64,000 nt of DNA from Myxococcota bacterium (lineage in GTDB: Bacteria > Myxococcota_A > Polyangia > Polyangiales > Houyiibacteriaceae): contig JBMCXW010000005.1 in the NCBI GenBank assembly GCA_048623775.1, positions 6,533-70,532 of the forward strand, read 5' to 3'. Shown in pieces: positions 1 through 9,671 of the stretch. Positions within the stretch are counted from its first letter, which is position 1; every line of letters starts with the position of its first letter. The translations under genes and the position numbers were made by a program. Below the pieces are notes generated by a model, which saw only the letters and a program-made list of their open reading frames with translations, was not told where the DNA came from and made no database searches.

Positions 1-1485
1 CACGTAGCTGATCTCCTTGAGCTTCAGCGCCCCTTCGAGCGCGATCGGAAAGCTCAGGCCGCGCCCCAGGTACAGCACGTCCCGCGCCTCGCTGTGGCGT
101 CGCGCGAGATTGGCCACGAGCTGTCGCGTGCCGTGCAGCACGTCCGCCATCTGCTGGGGCAGGCGCGCCAGGCCCTCCACGAGCTCGTGGGCCCGGCCCT
201 CGTCCAGGACGCCGCGCCGGCGGCCGAGCCACACGCCGAGCATGATCAGGTTCGCGAGCTGGGTGGTGAAGCACTTGGTGGACGCCACGCCGATCTCGGG
301 ACCGGCGTGCGTGTAGAAGCTGGCGTCGGCCATGCGTGGGATCGCGCTGTCGATGACGTTGGCGATCGCCAGGATCTTCGCCCCCCGCTGCTTCGCTTCG
401 CGCGCCGCGGCCAGCGTGTCGATCGTCTCGCCCGACTGGCTCACCGCCACCACCAGGTCTCCTTCGCCCACCACCGGGCGGCGGCCCCGGAACTCGCTGG
501 CCAGCTCCACCACGGCGGGCACCCGAGCGATCTCCTCGATGAAGTAGCGACCCGCCATGGCCGCGTGGTGACTGGTGCCGCAGGCCAGGAGCACGACCCG
601 CTGCACCGCTCGGGCCGCCTCGTCGTCGAGCCCCACCTCGTGCCCGTGGACGTCCCCTCGCTCGCGGTCGAGCCGCCCGCGGAGCGTGTCTTCCATCGCC
701 CGCGGTTGCTCGAAGATCTCCTTGAGCATGAAGTGCTTGTAGCCGGCCTTCTCGGCCATCATGGGAGACCAGTCGATGTGCTTGGGCGGTCGCTCCACCG
801 CCTCGCCCTCGAGGGTGGTGATCCGTGCTCCGTCCTTCTCCAGGACGGCCATCTCTCCGTCCTCCAGGAACACCATGGCGCGGGTGTACGGAAGCAGCGC
901 CGGAATGTCGCTGGCACAGAACGTTTCCCCCTCGCCCAGCCCGACCACCAACGGCGAGCTGCTCTTCGCGACCACGATGCGGCTCGGCTCGCTTTTCGAG
1001 ACGACGGCGATGGCGTAGGCCCCCTGCACCTCCCGCAGGGCGCCGCGGACCGCCTGCTCGAGGTCGCTGCCGTTGCGTGCGTGGCCCGCGATCAGGTGGC
1101 TCACGATCTCGGTGTCGGTGTCGCTCCCGAACCGGGCGCCGTCCGCCTCCAGCCGCCGGCGGAGCTGCAAGTGGTTCTCGATGATGCCGTTGTGCACCAC
1201 GGCCACCCCGTCCACCACGTGCGGATGGGCATTCTCCTGGCTCGGGCGGCCGTGGGTGGCCCAGCGGGTGTGCCCCACCCCCACCGTGCCCTCGAGGGGC
1301 TGCTCGCGCAGGGCCAACTCCAGGTTCCGCAGCTTCCCCACCGCCCGCAGGACCCGGATTTCGCCTCCGTCGTCGTGGACGGCCAGCCCCGCCGAATCAT
1401 AGCCGCGGTACTCGAGCCGCCGGAGCCCGTCCATCAAGATGGGCGCAGCCGACTCCCCCCCCACGTATCCGACGATTCCGCACAT
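1..1485 (-). CDS. glmS: Glutamine--fructose-6-phosphate aminotransferase (partial; 3' end runs off the window start)
   Basis: Reverse complement from ATG at 1485 reads MCGIVGYVGGESAAPILMDGLRRLEYRGYDSAG...GHTRWATHG...HNGIIEN, the canonical GlmS Ntn-glutaminase N-terminus. Absent from the ORF track because no stop lies in the window. Confidence 0.97.
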   Translation of the reverse strand, partial: MCGIVGYVGGESAAPILMDGLRRLEYRGYDSAGLAVHDDGGEIRVLRAVGKLRNLELALREQPLEGTVGVGHTRWATHGRPSQENAHPHVVDGVAVVHNGIIENHLQLRRRLEADGARFGSDTDTEIVSHLIAGHARNGSDLEQAVRGALREVQGAYAIAVVSKSEPSRIVVAKSSSPLVVGLGEGETFCASDIPALLPYTRAMVFLEDGEMAVLEKDGARITTLEGEAVERPPKHIDWSPMMAEKAGYKHFMLKEIFEQPRAMEDTLRGRLDRERGDVHGHEVGLDDEAARAVQRVVLLACGTSHHAAMAGRYFIEEIARVPAVVELASEFRGRRPVVGEGDLVVAVSQSGETIDTLAAAREAKQRGAKILAIANVIDSAIPRMADASFYTHAGPEIGVASTKCFTTQLANLIMLGVWLGRRRGVLDEGRAHELVEGLARLPQQMADVLHGTRQLVANLARRHSEARDVLYLGRGLSFPIALEGALKLKEISYV

Positions 1486-1575
1486 CCGACCGGCTCCGGG
1501 CTCAAGCTATCACTTCGCCTACCCGACGCCAGTTTGCTGCGACCGCGCCACCAGGGCCCTCGACCGGCGACACCT

Positions 1576-3132
1576 TCACGGGGACGTCGGCGCCGGCTGC
1601 TCCTCGTCGGTCTCCTCCGGCGCATCGTCGGCCCGGGGCTCGAACTCGCTCACCACCTTGCCGCGCGTGTCCACCACCGTGACGGGGCCGAAGCGCCGGA
1701 GTGGCTCGAGCACGTCCGCGGCACGGCCCACGACCACGACCAGCGCTTCGTCCGGTCGGATGTGCGTCTTGGCGGCGGCCAGCGCCTGGTCGGTGGTGAC
1801 CGAGCGGATGCGGTCGCGGTAGGTGTCCCAGTACGTATCCGGCAGACCGTAGATGCGCAGATCGGTGACGAGGTCGGCGATCTTGCCGGGAGTGTCGATC
1901 TGCAGCGGGAACGAGTCGCTGAGATACGTTCTCGCGTTGTTCAGCTCTTGCCGTGGCGGCGGCTCGCTGGTGATCCGGGAGAGGTGCTCGAAAAAGGCGT
2001 CCATGGCCTCGCCCGTCACCTCGTTCCGCACCGCGGCGCTGGCGCGGAACGGCGCCACCTTCACGCGCTCCCCGACCATGCTGTAAGCGCCGTAGGTCAG
2101 GCTGCGCTTCTCGCGAAGATCCATGAACAGGCGGGACGCGGCCGAGCCGCCCAGCACCTGGTTGGCCACCTCGAGCGGCACCCAGTCGTCGTGGTCCCGC
2201 GGGATGGCCAGGTTCCCGATGTAGACGATGGACTGCACCGACTCGGGTCGGTCCACGAGCAGGATCTGCCGGGCATCGCGCTCGGGCGGTTCCGGGTACG
2301 CGGGCTCGGGCACCTCCTTGTCACGCCAGCCGTCGAACGCCCGGCTCGCTGCGTCGCGCACGGCCTCGGCCTCCACGTTGCCCACCACCACCAGGAACGC
2401 ATTGTTCGGCGCGAAATGGGTGCGATGCCACCGCAGCAGATCGGACCGCTCGACGCTCTTCACCACCTCGGGCGTCGTGTCGTATTGCCCGTACGGATGG
2501 TCGCCGTACAACGCCTCGTAGAAGGCGCGCCGGGCGAGCCAGCTCGGCTGCTTGGACTCGAGCGCCAGCCGGTCGATCTCCCGCTTCTTGAGCTTTCGCA
2601 GCTCGTCGTTCCGGAAGGCCGGGTTCATGGCGACGTCGGCCATCAGCGAGAGCGCTTCGTCCAGATGGTCGCTCAGCGCGCGAATGCCCACGTAGACGTT
2701 TTCCTCGTCCGCGGAGGTGGACAGGTCGGCGCCCAGGAACTCCACCTGCTCGGCCAGCTCGGCGCTCGTGTGCTTGCGGGTGCCCTCCTTGAGCATGCCC
2801 GCGACCAGCCGTGACAGGCCGGGCATGTCTTCCGGGTCCGCCTCGCCCCCACTACCGATCACGAGCTGCATATAAACCACGGGCAGCTTGTCCCAGCGCA
2901 CCGTGTCGAGCTCGAGCCCCTGCTCGGTCTTGTTTCGGACGATGGGGGGGAACTGGACCTCCTTGGGCTCGCCGGGCGCGGGCGGCTTCTCGCGCGCCTG
3001 CGCGTCCGTGCCTTCCTTGCCGCCGGCGCCGCCGCCGGCCGGTGTGGTGGGCTCGGCCGTCTTCGGCCCGCAGGCCGCCATCAGCGCGCACAGCGCCACC
3101 GTCGACCAAACACGCTTGCTCGTGCCGCTCAT
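1576..3132 (-). CDS. M16 family (pitrilysin-like) peptidase, non-catalytic subunit, predicted lipoprotein
   Basis: Start MSGTSKRVWSTVALCALMAAC (lipobox). M16 motifs GLSRLVAGMLKEGT (no HxxEH) and SRLFMDLREKRSLTYG. ATGA overlap with the upstream gene. Confidence 0.9.
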   Translation of the reverse strand: MSGTSKRVWSTVALCALMAACGPKTAEPTTPAGGGAGGKEGTDAQAREKPPAPGEPKEVQFPPIVRNKTEQGLELDTVRWDKLPVVYMQLVIGSGGEADPEDMPGLSRLVAGMLKEGTRKHTSAELAEQVEFLGADLSTSADEENVYVGIRALSDHLDEALSLMADVAMNPAFRNDELRKLKKREIDRLALESKQPSWLARRAFYEALYGDHPYGQYDTTPEVVKSVERSDLLRWHRTHFAPNNAFLVVVGNVEAEAVRDAASRAFDGWRDKEVPEPAYPEPPERDARQILLVDRPESVQSIVYIGNLAIPRDHDDWVPLEVANQVLGGSAASRLFMDLREKRSLTYGAYSMVGERVKVAPFRASAAVRNEVTGEAMDAFFEHLSRITSEPPPRQELNNARTYLSDSFPLQIDTPGKIADLVTDLRIYGLPDTYWDTYRDRIRSVTTDQALAAAKTHIRPDEALVVVVGRAADVLEPLRRFGPVTVVDTRGKVVSEFEPRADDAPEETDEEQPAPTSP

Positions 3133-4550
3133 CGCTTCGCTCCTTGCTGCAGCGCCGGCTCCACGTCGAGGACGGTGCGGTTGGTGGGATCGAAGTACTG
3201 CCCTGCCACGCGCTGGATGTCCTCCGCCGTCACGGCCAGGTAGCGATCCAGCTCCTCGCGGAGCAGGGCCGCATCCCCCCAGTAGAGCTCGAACTCCGCC
3301 AGATGCATCGCCCGCGCGAGGTTCGACTGCAACCCGAAGACGAAGTCGGCGCGCACGCGATTCCTGGCCTTCTCCAGCTCGCGCTCGGAAACGCCCTCGC
3401 TGGCGATGCGCTCCAGCTCCTCGTAGATCATCTCCCGAACCGCGTCGCCCTCGTGCCCCCGGGCGACGATCCCCCAGAAGCTGAAGAGGTCGGGTCCGCG
3501 CCGATCGTCGGTGGAAACGTCCAGCTCCTGCAGCATCTCCTCGTCCTTGACCAGCTTCTGGTACAGGCGCGAGCTCTTGCCGTCCCCGAGCACCGCCGCC
3601 AGCAGCTCCAGCGCGTAGTGGTCCGAAGTGCGGCTCGGCGGGATGTGATAGGCGATGTGGAAGGCCGGCAGCTCGGCCTTCTCGTCCACCATCACCTCCT
3701 TGCGCTCGGCGGTCTGCGGCTCGATCTCCGGCGGGTCGTATGCCGGCACCTCGCTCGGCTCGATGTCGCCGAAGAGCTTCTCGACGAGATCCATGGCCCG
3801 TTCCGGCTCGAAATCCCCCGAGATGGCGAGCACGGCGTTGTTGGGCGCGTAATACGTGTCGAAGAATTCCTGCACCGCGCCGAGGGGCGCGTTGTCCAGG
3901 TCCTGCATGTAGCCGATGGTCGGATGGGCATACGGCCAGTAGTCGCCGTAGGCGAGCTCGTTGATGCGGATCATGGACGGGACGTAGGGCTGGTTGTCGA
4001 CCCGCTGCCGGCGCTCCTCCTTCACGGTCTCGCGCTGGTTGTCGAAGTTCTCGCGGGTGACCTTCAGCGACTTCATGCGGTCGGCTTCGAGCCACAGGCC
4101 GAGCGCCAGCTCGTGGGCGGGCAGGGTCTCGAAGTAATTGGTGCGGTCCGAGCTAGTGGTCCCGTTGGCGCTTCCACCGCGGTTCACGATGAGCTCGAAG
4201 TGCTCCATCTTCCCCACGTTGGCCGAGCCCTGGAACATCATGTGCTCGAAGAGGTGCGCGAAGCCGGAGCGGCCCTGCTCCTCGTTCCGCGCGCCCACGT
4301 CGTAGTACATGGCGACGGCCACCGTCGGGATGGTGTGGTCGGGGTTCATGACCACCCGAAGGCCGTTGTCCAGCTTCTCGCGGACGATGGGAAGCGCCTT
4401 CAAGGGTGAGGGCTCGGCTTCTGCGGTCTCGGCCTCGCGACTCCCCGGCTCTGCCTCCGCCCCGGGCTTCGGCCCCTGGGCCGCCGCGACCGCTCCAGCC
4501 GCCGTCAACGCGGCTAGCGCAATCCATGCCATCGATCGGCGAAATCGCAT
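3129..4550 (-). CDS. M16 family zinc peptidase, catalytic subunit with signal peptide
   Basis: AGGAG RBS before ATG 4550. Motifs LDNGLRVV, YDVGARNE, SGFAHLFEHMMFQGS (HxxEH), NGTTSSDRTNYFE, LWLEADRM. Confidence 0.93.
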   Translation of the reverse strand: MRFRRSMAWIALAALTAAGAVAAAQGPKPGAEAEPGSREAETAEAEPSPLKALPIVREKLDNGLRVVMNPDHTIPTVAVAMYYDVGARNEEQGRSGFAHLFEHMMFQGSANVGKMEHFELIVNRGGSANGTTSSDRTNYFETLPAHELALGLWLEADRMKSLKVTRENFDNQRETVKEERRQRVDNQPYVPSMIRINELAYGDYWPYAHPTIGYMQDLDNAPLGAVQEFFDTYYAPNNAVLAISGDFEPERAMDLVEKLFGDIEPSEVPAYDPPEIEPQTAERKEVMVDEKAELPAFHIAYHIPPSRTSDHYALELLAAVLGDGKSSRLYQKLVKDEEMLQELDVSTDDRRGPDLFSFWGIVARGHEGDAVREMIYEELERIASEGVSERELEKARNRVRADFVFGLQSNLARAMHLAEFELYWGDAALLREELDRYLAVTAEDIQRVAGQYFDPTNRTVLDVEPALQQGAKR

Positions 4551-4671
4551 GCGTGCTCCTGTGTGCAGGGGACGAACAGCCGTCCCGCCCGGGCCATTCC
4601 GTAACATCCTTCCGACGTCCTGGCGAACGGTTGACGGGGGGGGTGCGGGGGTCGCAGACTCTTCCGCTCCC

Positions 4672-5916
4672 ATGAAAGCCGCGGTCCTGTCCATCGGTAC
4701 CGAGCTGACCCGCGGCGAGCTGGTGAACGGCAACGCCGCCTGGCTCGGCGATCGCCTCACGTCCGTAGGCTTCGACGTCATCGAGCACCGGACCGTCGGC
4801 GACGACCTGGAGCGCATCGCGGGGGCGTTGCGGCGGCTCGCCGCCGAGGTGCGGGTGCTGGTGGCCAGCGGCGGGCTCGGCCCCACCACGGACGACCTCA
4901 CCACCCGCGCGGTGGCCTCGTGCCTCGGCGTGGCGCTGCGGCGCGACGAGCCCACCCTTCAGCGGCTCCGGGCCAAGTGGGCCGCCATGGGCCTCGACAT
5001 GCCCGCGTCCAACGAGAAGCAGGCCGACTTCCCCGAGGGGGCGGAGATCCTGCCCAACCCCGTGGGGACCGCGCCGGGGTTCACGGTGGCCATCGGCGGC
5101 GCGAGGATGTTCTTCCTGCCGGGGGTGCCCCGCGAGATGCGGCACCTGTTCGACGAGAGCGTGGTGCCGTCGGTGGCGCCCCTGGTGGAGCGTACCACCC
5201 ACCAGATCCACATCCGCACCTTCGGCATGACGGAGTCGCAGGTGGGCGACCTGCTCGCCGATCTGGACGATCCGGAGGCCGGGATCCTCATCGGCTACCG
5301 GGCCAGCTTCCCCGAGATCGAGGTGAAGGTGCTGGCGCGGGCCGACACCGAAGTCGAGGCGGAGGACAGGGCCCGGCGCGTGGCCGAGGAGGTGCGGCGG
5401 CGCCTCGGCGATACCGCCTACGGCGAGCGAGACGACACGTTTCCCGCGGCCGTGGGCAGGGCGCTCCGCGACCGGGGTTTGACCGTCGCCCTGGCGGAGT
5501 CCTGCACCGGTGGGCTCGTGGGGAGCATGCTCACCAGCGTTGCGGGGAGCAGCGACTACGTGCTCATGGACGCGGTCACCTACGCCAACTCGGCCAAGAG
5601 CAAGATGCTCGGGGTCAGCCAGGACCTGCTCCGGGCCCACGGGGCGGTGAGCGCCGAGGTGGCCGAGGCCATGGCGGAGGGCGCCCTCCGCATGTCGGGG
5701 GCCGATCTGGCGGTGTCGATCACGGGGATCGCCGGTCCCGGCGGTGGCTCCGAGGGCAAGCCGGTGGGGACGGTCTGGTTCGGGCTGGCGCGCAAGGGGG
5801 AGCCCACGGTGACCAAGCTGCGCACCCTGCGCGGGGACCGGGAGCGAATCCGCGTCCTGTCCGCCTACGTGGCGCTGAAGTTGGTCCTGCGCGCCGCCAA
5901 GGGGGACGTGGGGTAG
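4672..5916 (+). CDS. cinA: Competence/damage-inducible protein CinA (MoCF-biosynthesis-like + NMN deamidase PncC domain)
   Basis: [73 protein letters not shown]. Classic cinA-thpR-recA order. Confidence 0.95.
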   Translation: MKAAVLSIGTELTRGELVNGNAAWLGDRLTSVGFDVIEHRTVGDDLERIAGALRRLAAEVRVLVASGGLGPTTDDLTTRAVASCLGVALRRDEPTLQRLRAKWAAMGLDMPASNEKQADFPEGAEILPNPVGTAPGFTVAIGGARMFFLPGVPREMRHLFDESVVPSVAPLVERTTHQIHIRTFGMTESQVGDLLADLDDPEAGILIGYRASFPEIEVKVLARADTEVEAEDRARRVAEEVRRRLGDTAYGERDDTFPAAVGRALRDRGLTVALAESCTGGLVGSMLTSVAGSSDYVLMDAVTYANSAKSKMLGVSQDLLRAHGAVSAEVAEAMAEGALRMSGADLAVSITGIAGPGGGSEGKPVGTVWFGLARKGEPTVTKLRTLRGDRERIRVLSAYVALKLVLRAAKGDVG

Positions 5917-5918
5917 GC

Positions 5919-6506
5919 ATGGGCGAGGCGGGGGGTCGAATCCGGGCCTTCGTGGGGGTGCCGCTCGAGCCGCAGGCCAGGGCCGGGGTGGGGCAGCTGC
6001 TCGAGCGGCTCCGCCGCCGGTGCGAGCGGGCCGGCTGGCGCGCCAACTGGGTCCCGCCGGCCAACCTGCACCTCACCCTCGAGTTCCTCGGTTGGGTGGA
6101 GACGGGTCGCGTCGACGCGATCGCGGCGGCCCTCGCGCCCCTGTCGGCCCACCCGCCGTTCGAGATGCACCTGTCCGGGCTGGGTGCCTTTCCGCCGCGG
6201 GGCCGCCCCCGGGTGCTGTGGCTCGGGGTCCGGGAGGGGGCGGAGGCCCTCGAGGCGATCGCCGCGGAGGTGGAGGATCGGCTCGAGGATCTGGGGTTTC
6301 CGCCCGAGCAGCGCCCCTTTCACCCCCATCTCACCCTCGCGCGCGTGAAAACCGCCCCCCGGGACGCACGGGACGTGGTACATGCCCTGGCAGACGCGGA
6401 GGGGGGCACCTCCACCGTCCGGGAGGTCGTCCTCTACCAGAGCCGGCTCCGCCGCGAGGGGCCCGAGTACACGCCCATGGCGCGAGCTCTCCTGGTTGGC
6501 GAATAG
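5919..6506 (+). CDS. thpR: RNA 2',3'-cyclic phosphodiesterase (2H phosphoesterase)
   Basis: RAFVGVP, two HxT motifs ([21 protein letters not shown]), [12 protein letters not shown]. Confidence 0.93.
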   Translation: MGEAGGRIRAFVGVPLEPQARAGVGQLLERLRRRCERAGWRANWVPPANLHLTLEFLGWVETGRVDAIAAALAPLSAHPPFEMHLSGLGAFPPRGRPRVLWLGVREGAEALEAIAAEVEDRLEDLGFPPEQRPFHPHLTLARVKTAPRDARDVVHALADAEGGTSTVREVVLYQSRLRREGPEYTPMARALLVGE

Positions 6507-6538
6507 GTTGCGCCCGGAGCCCCCCCGAGATAGGGTCT

Positions 6539-6555
6539 CTGCACAGACGTTCAGG
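6539..6555 (+). promoter_or_regulatory. Putative LexA (SOS) box, Myxococcus type
   Basis: CTGCACAGACGTTCAGG matches the M. xanthus LexA consensus CTRHAMRYBYGTTCAGS (recalled from literature) at 15/17 positions. It overlaps the recA RBS (AGGAGG). Confidence 0.75.
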
Positions 6556-6562
6556 AGGGATC

Positions 6563-7675
6563 ATGGCAGATGCGAACCGCGAGAAGGCCCTGAGCCTCGC
6601 CGTCAGCTCCATCGAGAAGACCTACGGCAAGGGCTCCATCATGAAGCTCGGCGACGGCGGGCCCCAGCTCGACGTCCCGGTCATTCCGAGCGGCTCGATC
6701 TCCCTGGACCTCGCCCTGGGGGTCGGGGGGTACCCCCGCGGGCGCATCGTCGAGATCTATGGGCCCGAGTCCGGCGGCAAGACCACCCTCACCCTTCACG
6801 CCATTGCGGAGTGCCAGAAGAAGGGGGGCATCGCGGCCTTCATCGACGCCGAGCACGCCTTGGATCCGACCTACGCCCGCAAGCTGGGCGTCAACGTGGA
6901 CGAGCTCCTGGTCAGCCAGCCCGACCACGGGGAGCAGGCCCTGGAGATCGCGGATACCTTGGTCCGCTCGGGGGCGGTCGACGTCATCGTCATCGACTCG
7001 GTGGCGGCCCTCGTGCCCAAGGCCGAGATCGAGGGCGAGATGGGCGACGTGCAACCCGGTTTGCAGGCGCGTCTCATGAGCCAGGCCCTGCGCAAGCTCA
7101 CCGCCACCGTGCACCGATCGAACACCCTGCTCTTCTTCATCAACCAGCTCCGCATGAAGATCGGGGTGATGTTCGGCAGCCCCGAGACCACCAGCGGGGG
7201 CAATGCCCTCAAGTTCTACGCTTCGCAGCGGCTCGACATCCGGCGCGTGGGCACCCTCAAGCAGGGGGATCAGGCCCACGGCAACCGCGTCCGGGTCAAG
7301 GTGGTCAAGAACAAGATCGCCCCGCCCTTCCAGAAGTGCGAGTTCGACATCCTGTTCGGTCAGGGGATCAGCCGAACCGGGGACGTGCTCGACCTCGGCG
7401 TGGAGGCCGGCTTCGTCGAGAAGTCGGGGGCCTGGTACAGCTACGGCTCGGAGCGCATCGGCCAGGGCCGCGACAACGCGCGGCAGTACCTGGAAGAGCA
7501 TCCGGAGATGCTCGCCGAGATCGAAGGGAAGATCCTCGAGAAGCATGGCCTGCGCCGCACCCCCCCTCCCGGCGCGGAGGAGGCGGACGCCGAGCCGCCC
7601 AAGAACGGCAAAGCCACCGAAGGCAGCGGCAACGGAAGCGGCGGCAAAGGCAAGTCCTCCCGCGCCCGTGCCTAA
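6563..7675 (+). CDS. recA: Recombinase A
   Basis: [56 protein letters not shown]. Strong AGGAGG RBS. Confidence 0.99.
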   Translation: MADANREKALSLAVSSIEKTYGKGSIMKLGDGGPQLDVPVIPSGSISLDLALGVGGYPRGRIVEIYGPESGGKTTLTLHAIAECQKKGGIAAFIDAEHALDPTYARKLGVNVDELLVSQPDHGEQALEIADTLVRSGAVDVIVIDSVAALVPKAEIEGEMGDVQPGLQARLMSQALRKLTATVHRSNTLLFFINQLRMKIGVMFGSPETTSGGNALKFYASQRLDIRRVGTLKQGDQAHGNRVRVKVVKNKIAPPFQKCEFDILFGQGISRTGDVLDLGVEAGFVEKSGAWYSYGSERIGQGRDNARQYLEEHPEMLAEIEGKILEKHGLRRTPPPGAEEADAEPPKNGKATEGSGNGSGGKGKSSRARA

Positions 7676-8738
7676 TACCCCCGCCCTGCGTGCGCCGCCG
7701 CCGCTGCCGGTACGGAAAGAGCTTGGGAGCGCACGTGGGAGCCCACGGCGCCCACCGCTTCGCTGGCTCGGCCTCGTGCTGGGGCTGATCGGTTGCGGGG
7801 GGGCGGTGGGCTCGCCGGCTCCCCGGGCCGAGCCGGCCCCCGCGCCCCTCGGGCCACTGGCGCTGCTCGTGCCTTCGCAGGCCCGCTTGGTGGTCGAGGC
7901 CCGGCCGCGTGCGCTTCTGGACGCACCCGCCTTTCGGCGGGCGATCGACGTGGTCGCGCCCCCGGCCCGGCGTGCAGAGGTGGCTCGCCGGACGGGCGTC
8001 GAGGCGACGGGGGTTCGGGAGCTGGTGGTGGCCGAGCTTCCCGGCGGGGGATTCCTCGTGCTCGTGCGGGGGGACCTGGACGCGCCGTCCGTGGTGCGTC
8101 GCATCGCCCGGCGCATGGCGCCGATCGTGGTATCCGCCGACTCCCCCGTCGTGCGCCGGGGCGGCATGGTGGGCCGGGCGCGCCGCGAGGCGATCGCCCT
8201 CCGCGGTGACGTGCTGGCGGTGGCGGGTGGCGAGGGTGCGGAAACGACCGTGGCTGCGCTCGCGCGGCGCGCCCGTGCCCCCGCGGGCGAAGGATTGGAG
8301 CAGGCCGGCGCCCTGGGCGAGGGGCTTCCCCTCGCGCTGCGGGCCGAGTGGGCGGCGGCGCCCCTGCGCCTGCACGCGCCCCGCCCACTCGAGCTCCCGC
8401 CGGGGTCGGGCGCTTCGGTTCTGCTCGCCCGCCAGCGCGCCCTGTGCGTGGCCGTCGCGGCGGAGGACGACGAGCACCTGCGGGTGGCGGTGGACCTCCG
8501 GGGCGAGTTTCCGGAGGGGGCCGAGCAGAACTTCCGCGCGCTCGCCAGCTCATTGGCGGCCTCGGACATGGGGGCGGCGCTGGGGCTCCGCGAGGGCCTC
8601 GCGTCGTTGCGGGTGCAGGCGGAGCAGCGGCGGGTCGTCGTCGGCATGGAGATCCCCGCCCGTACCCTGGCCCGAGGGCTCGTGCTGCTGTTCGGGGCGG
8701 ACGTGCAGGCGGTGCTCGAAGCGGCGGGCCTGGCATAA
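7668..8738 (+). CDS. Hypothetical lipoprotein (start uncertain)
   Basis: Long frame with high-GC coding character. Hydrophobic [11 protein letters not shown] lipobox-like segment. GTG at 7668 overlaps the recA stop. Confidence 0.6.
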   Translation: MPNTPALRAPPPLPVRKELGSARGSPRRPPLRWLGLVLGLIGCGGAVGSPAPRAEPAPAPLGPLALLVPSQARLVVEARPRALLDAPAFRRAIDVVAPPARRAEVARRTGVEATGVRELVVAELPGGGFLVLVRGDLDAPSVVRRIARRMAPIVVSADSPVVRRGGMVGRARREAIALRGDVLAVAGGEGAETTVAALARRARAPAGEGLEQAGALGEGLPLALRAEWAAAPLRLHAPRPLELPPGSGASVLLARQRALCVAVAAEDDEHLRVAVDLRGEFPEGAEQNFRALASSLAASDMGAALGLREGLASLRVQAEQRRVVVGMEIPARTLARGLVLLFGADVQAVLEAAGLA

Positions 8739-8775
8739 GCTGCTGAAATCATTCGCTTTGCAAGCCGGGCGTGCG

Positions 8776-8804
8776 TTGACGTGGCGGCCGCCCGGTGGTA
8801 TGGT
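8776..8804 (+). promoter_or_regulatory. Sigma-70-type promoter of carD/cdnL
   Basis: TTGACG-N17-TATGGT, 31 nt upstream of the ATG. Confidence 0.7.
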
Positions 8805-8835
8805 TCGGCCTCCTCCGACCGGAGATCCAGCGCAG

Positions 8836-9318
8836 ATGACCTTCAACGTCGGTGACAAGGCCGTTCACCCCGCGCACGGCGTGGGTGAGATTACGAGCAT
8901 CGAGAACCGTGACATCGCGGGGAACCGCAAGAGCTTCTACATCCTGAAGATCCTCGACAGCGGCATGACCGTCATGGTCCCCACCGACGGTGCCGCGCGG
9001 CTCGGGCTACGCGCCGTGATCTCCAAGAAGGATGCCCAGAAGGTGGTGGCCATCCTCAAGAAGGACGAGGTGGCGGTCACCTCGCAGCCCTGGAACCGTC
9101 GCTACCGCGAGTACACGGAGATGCTCAAGAGCGGCTCGCCCTTCGAGGTCGCCAAGGTCCTGCGCGACCTGTACCGGCTCAAGGGGGACAAGGAGCTCAG
9201 CTTCGGCGAGCGCCGGTTGCTCGACCAGGCCCGCAGCCTGCTGATCACCGAGCTGGCGCTCGCGCGGCGCTGCAAAGAGCAGCGGGTCCAGCAGGAGATC
9301 GAGTCGATCCTGGAATAG
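8836..9318 (+). CDS. carD: CarD/CdnL family RNA polymerase-binding transcription factor
   Basis: FNVGDKAVHPAHGVGEI, VMVPT...GLR.VI, WNRRYREYTEMLKSGS, KELSFGERRLLDQA. At 160 aa with no HMGA domain it is CdnL-type. Confidence 0.95.
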   Translation: MTFNVGDKAVHPAHGVGEITSIENRDIAGNRKSFYILKILDSGMTVMVPTDGAARLGLRAVISKKDAQKVVAILKKDEVAVTSQPWNRRYREYTEMLKSGSPFEVAKVLRDLYRLKGDKELSFGERRLLDQARSLLITELALARRCKEQRVQQEIESILE

Positions 9319-9334
9319 GGCTCTCCGAATCCGC

Positions 9335-9361
9335 GCAACCGCCTCCCGCCTCGCCCGATAA
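9335..9361 (+). promoter_or_regulatory. Putative sigma-28 (FliA/WhiG)-type promoter upstream of the translocon-like operon
   Basis: GCAA-N15-CCCGATAA versus consensus TAAA-N15-GCCGATAA: 7/8 at -10, correct spacing, weak -35. Confidence 0.45.
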
Positions 9362-9377
9362 GACGGGGCGAAGGGAG

Positions 9378-9653
9378 ATGATTGCCGTGGGAGCCAGCGA
9401 GCGACTTCGAGCGCGCACACTCAGGGCGCGCTTCCAGCGTCTCACCCGCGAGCGCGAGGCCCAGGACGCCGCGCTCGCCGCCCTGCGTAGGGAAGCGGAG
9501 GCGATGGGCGAGGCTGCGGTCGCGGATGCCACCGAGCCCTCGGCTCCGGATGTGGCATGCGAGCTGCGCGCGCGCTTCGACGCCTTGTGCGACGAGCCCC
9601 TCCCGTCATGGGGCACCGGCGGCGGAGCACCCGACGAGGGGCTCCGCGCCTGA
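9378..9653 (+). CDS. Small coiled-coil protein, first gene of the translocon-like operon (LcrG-like by position only)
   Basis: About 90 aa helical ORF (RARFQRLTREREAQDAALAALRREAE). The GGGAG RBS fits an alternative GTG start at 9387. Followed 18 nt later by the next gene. Confidence 0.6.
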   Translation: MIAVGASERLRARTLRARFQRLTREREAQDAALAALRREAEAMGEAAVADATEPSAPDVACELRARFDALCDEPLPSWGTGGGAPDEGLRA

Positions 9654-9671
9654 CGAACGAGGAGACCGAGC

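Noticed and set aside
1486-1575. Possible glmS ribozyme upstream of glmS
   Set aside because: Only 90 nt, and the conserved ribozyme core is not recognisable. It contains just a plausible -10 element and RBS.
94-2814. 906-aa + strand ORF
   Set aside because: Antisense shadow of glmS and the M16 gene. Stop-poor antisense frames are expected at this GC content, and it shows no recognisable motifs.
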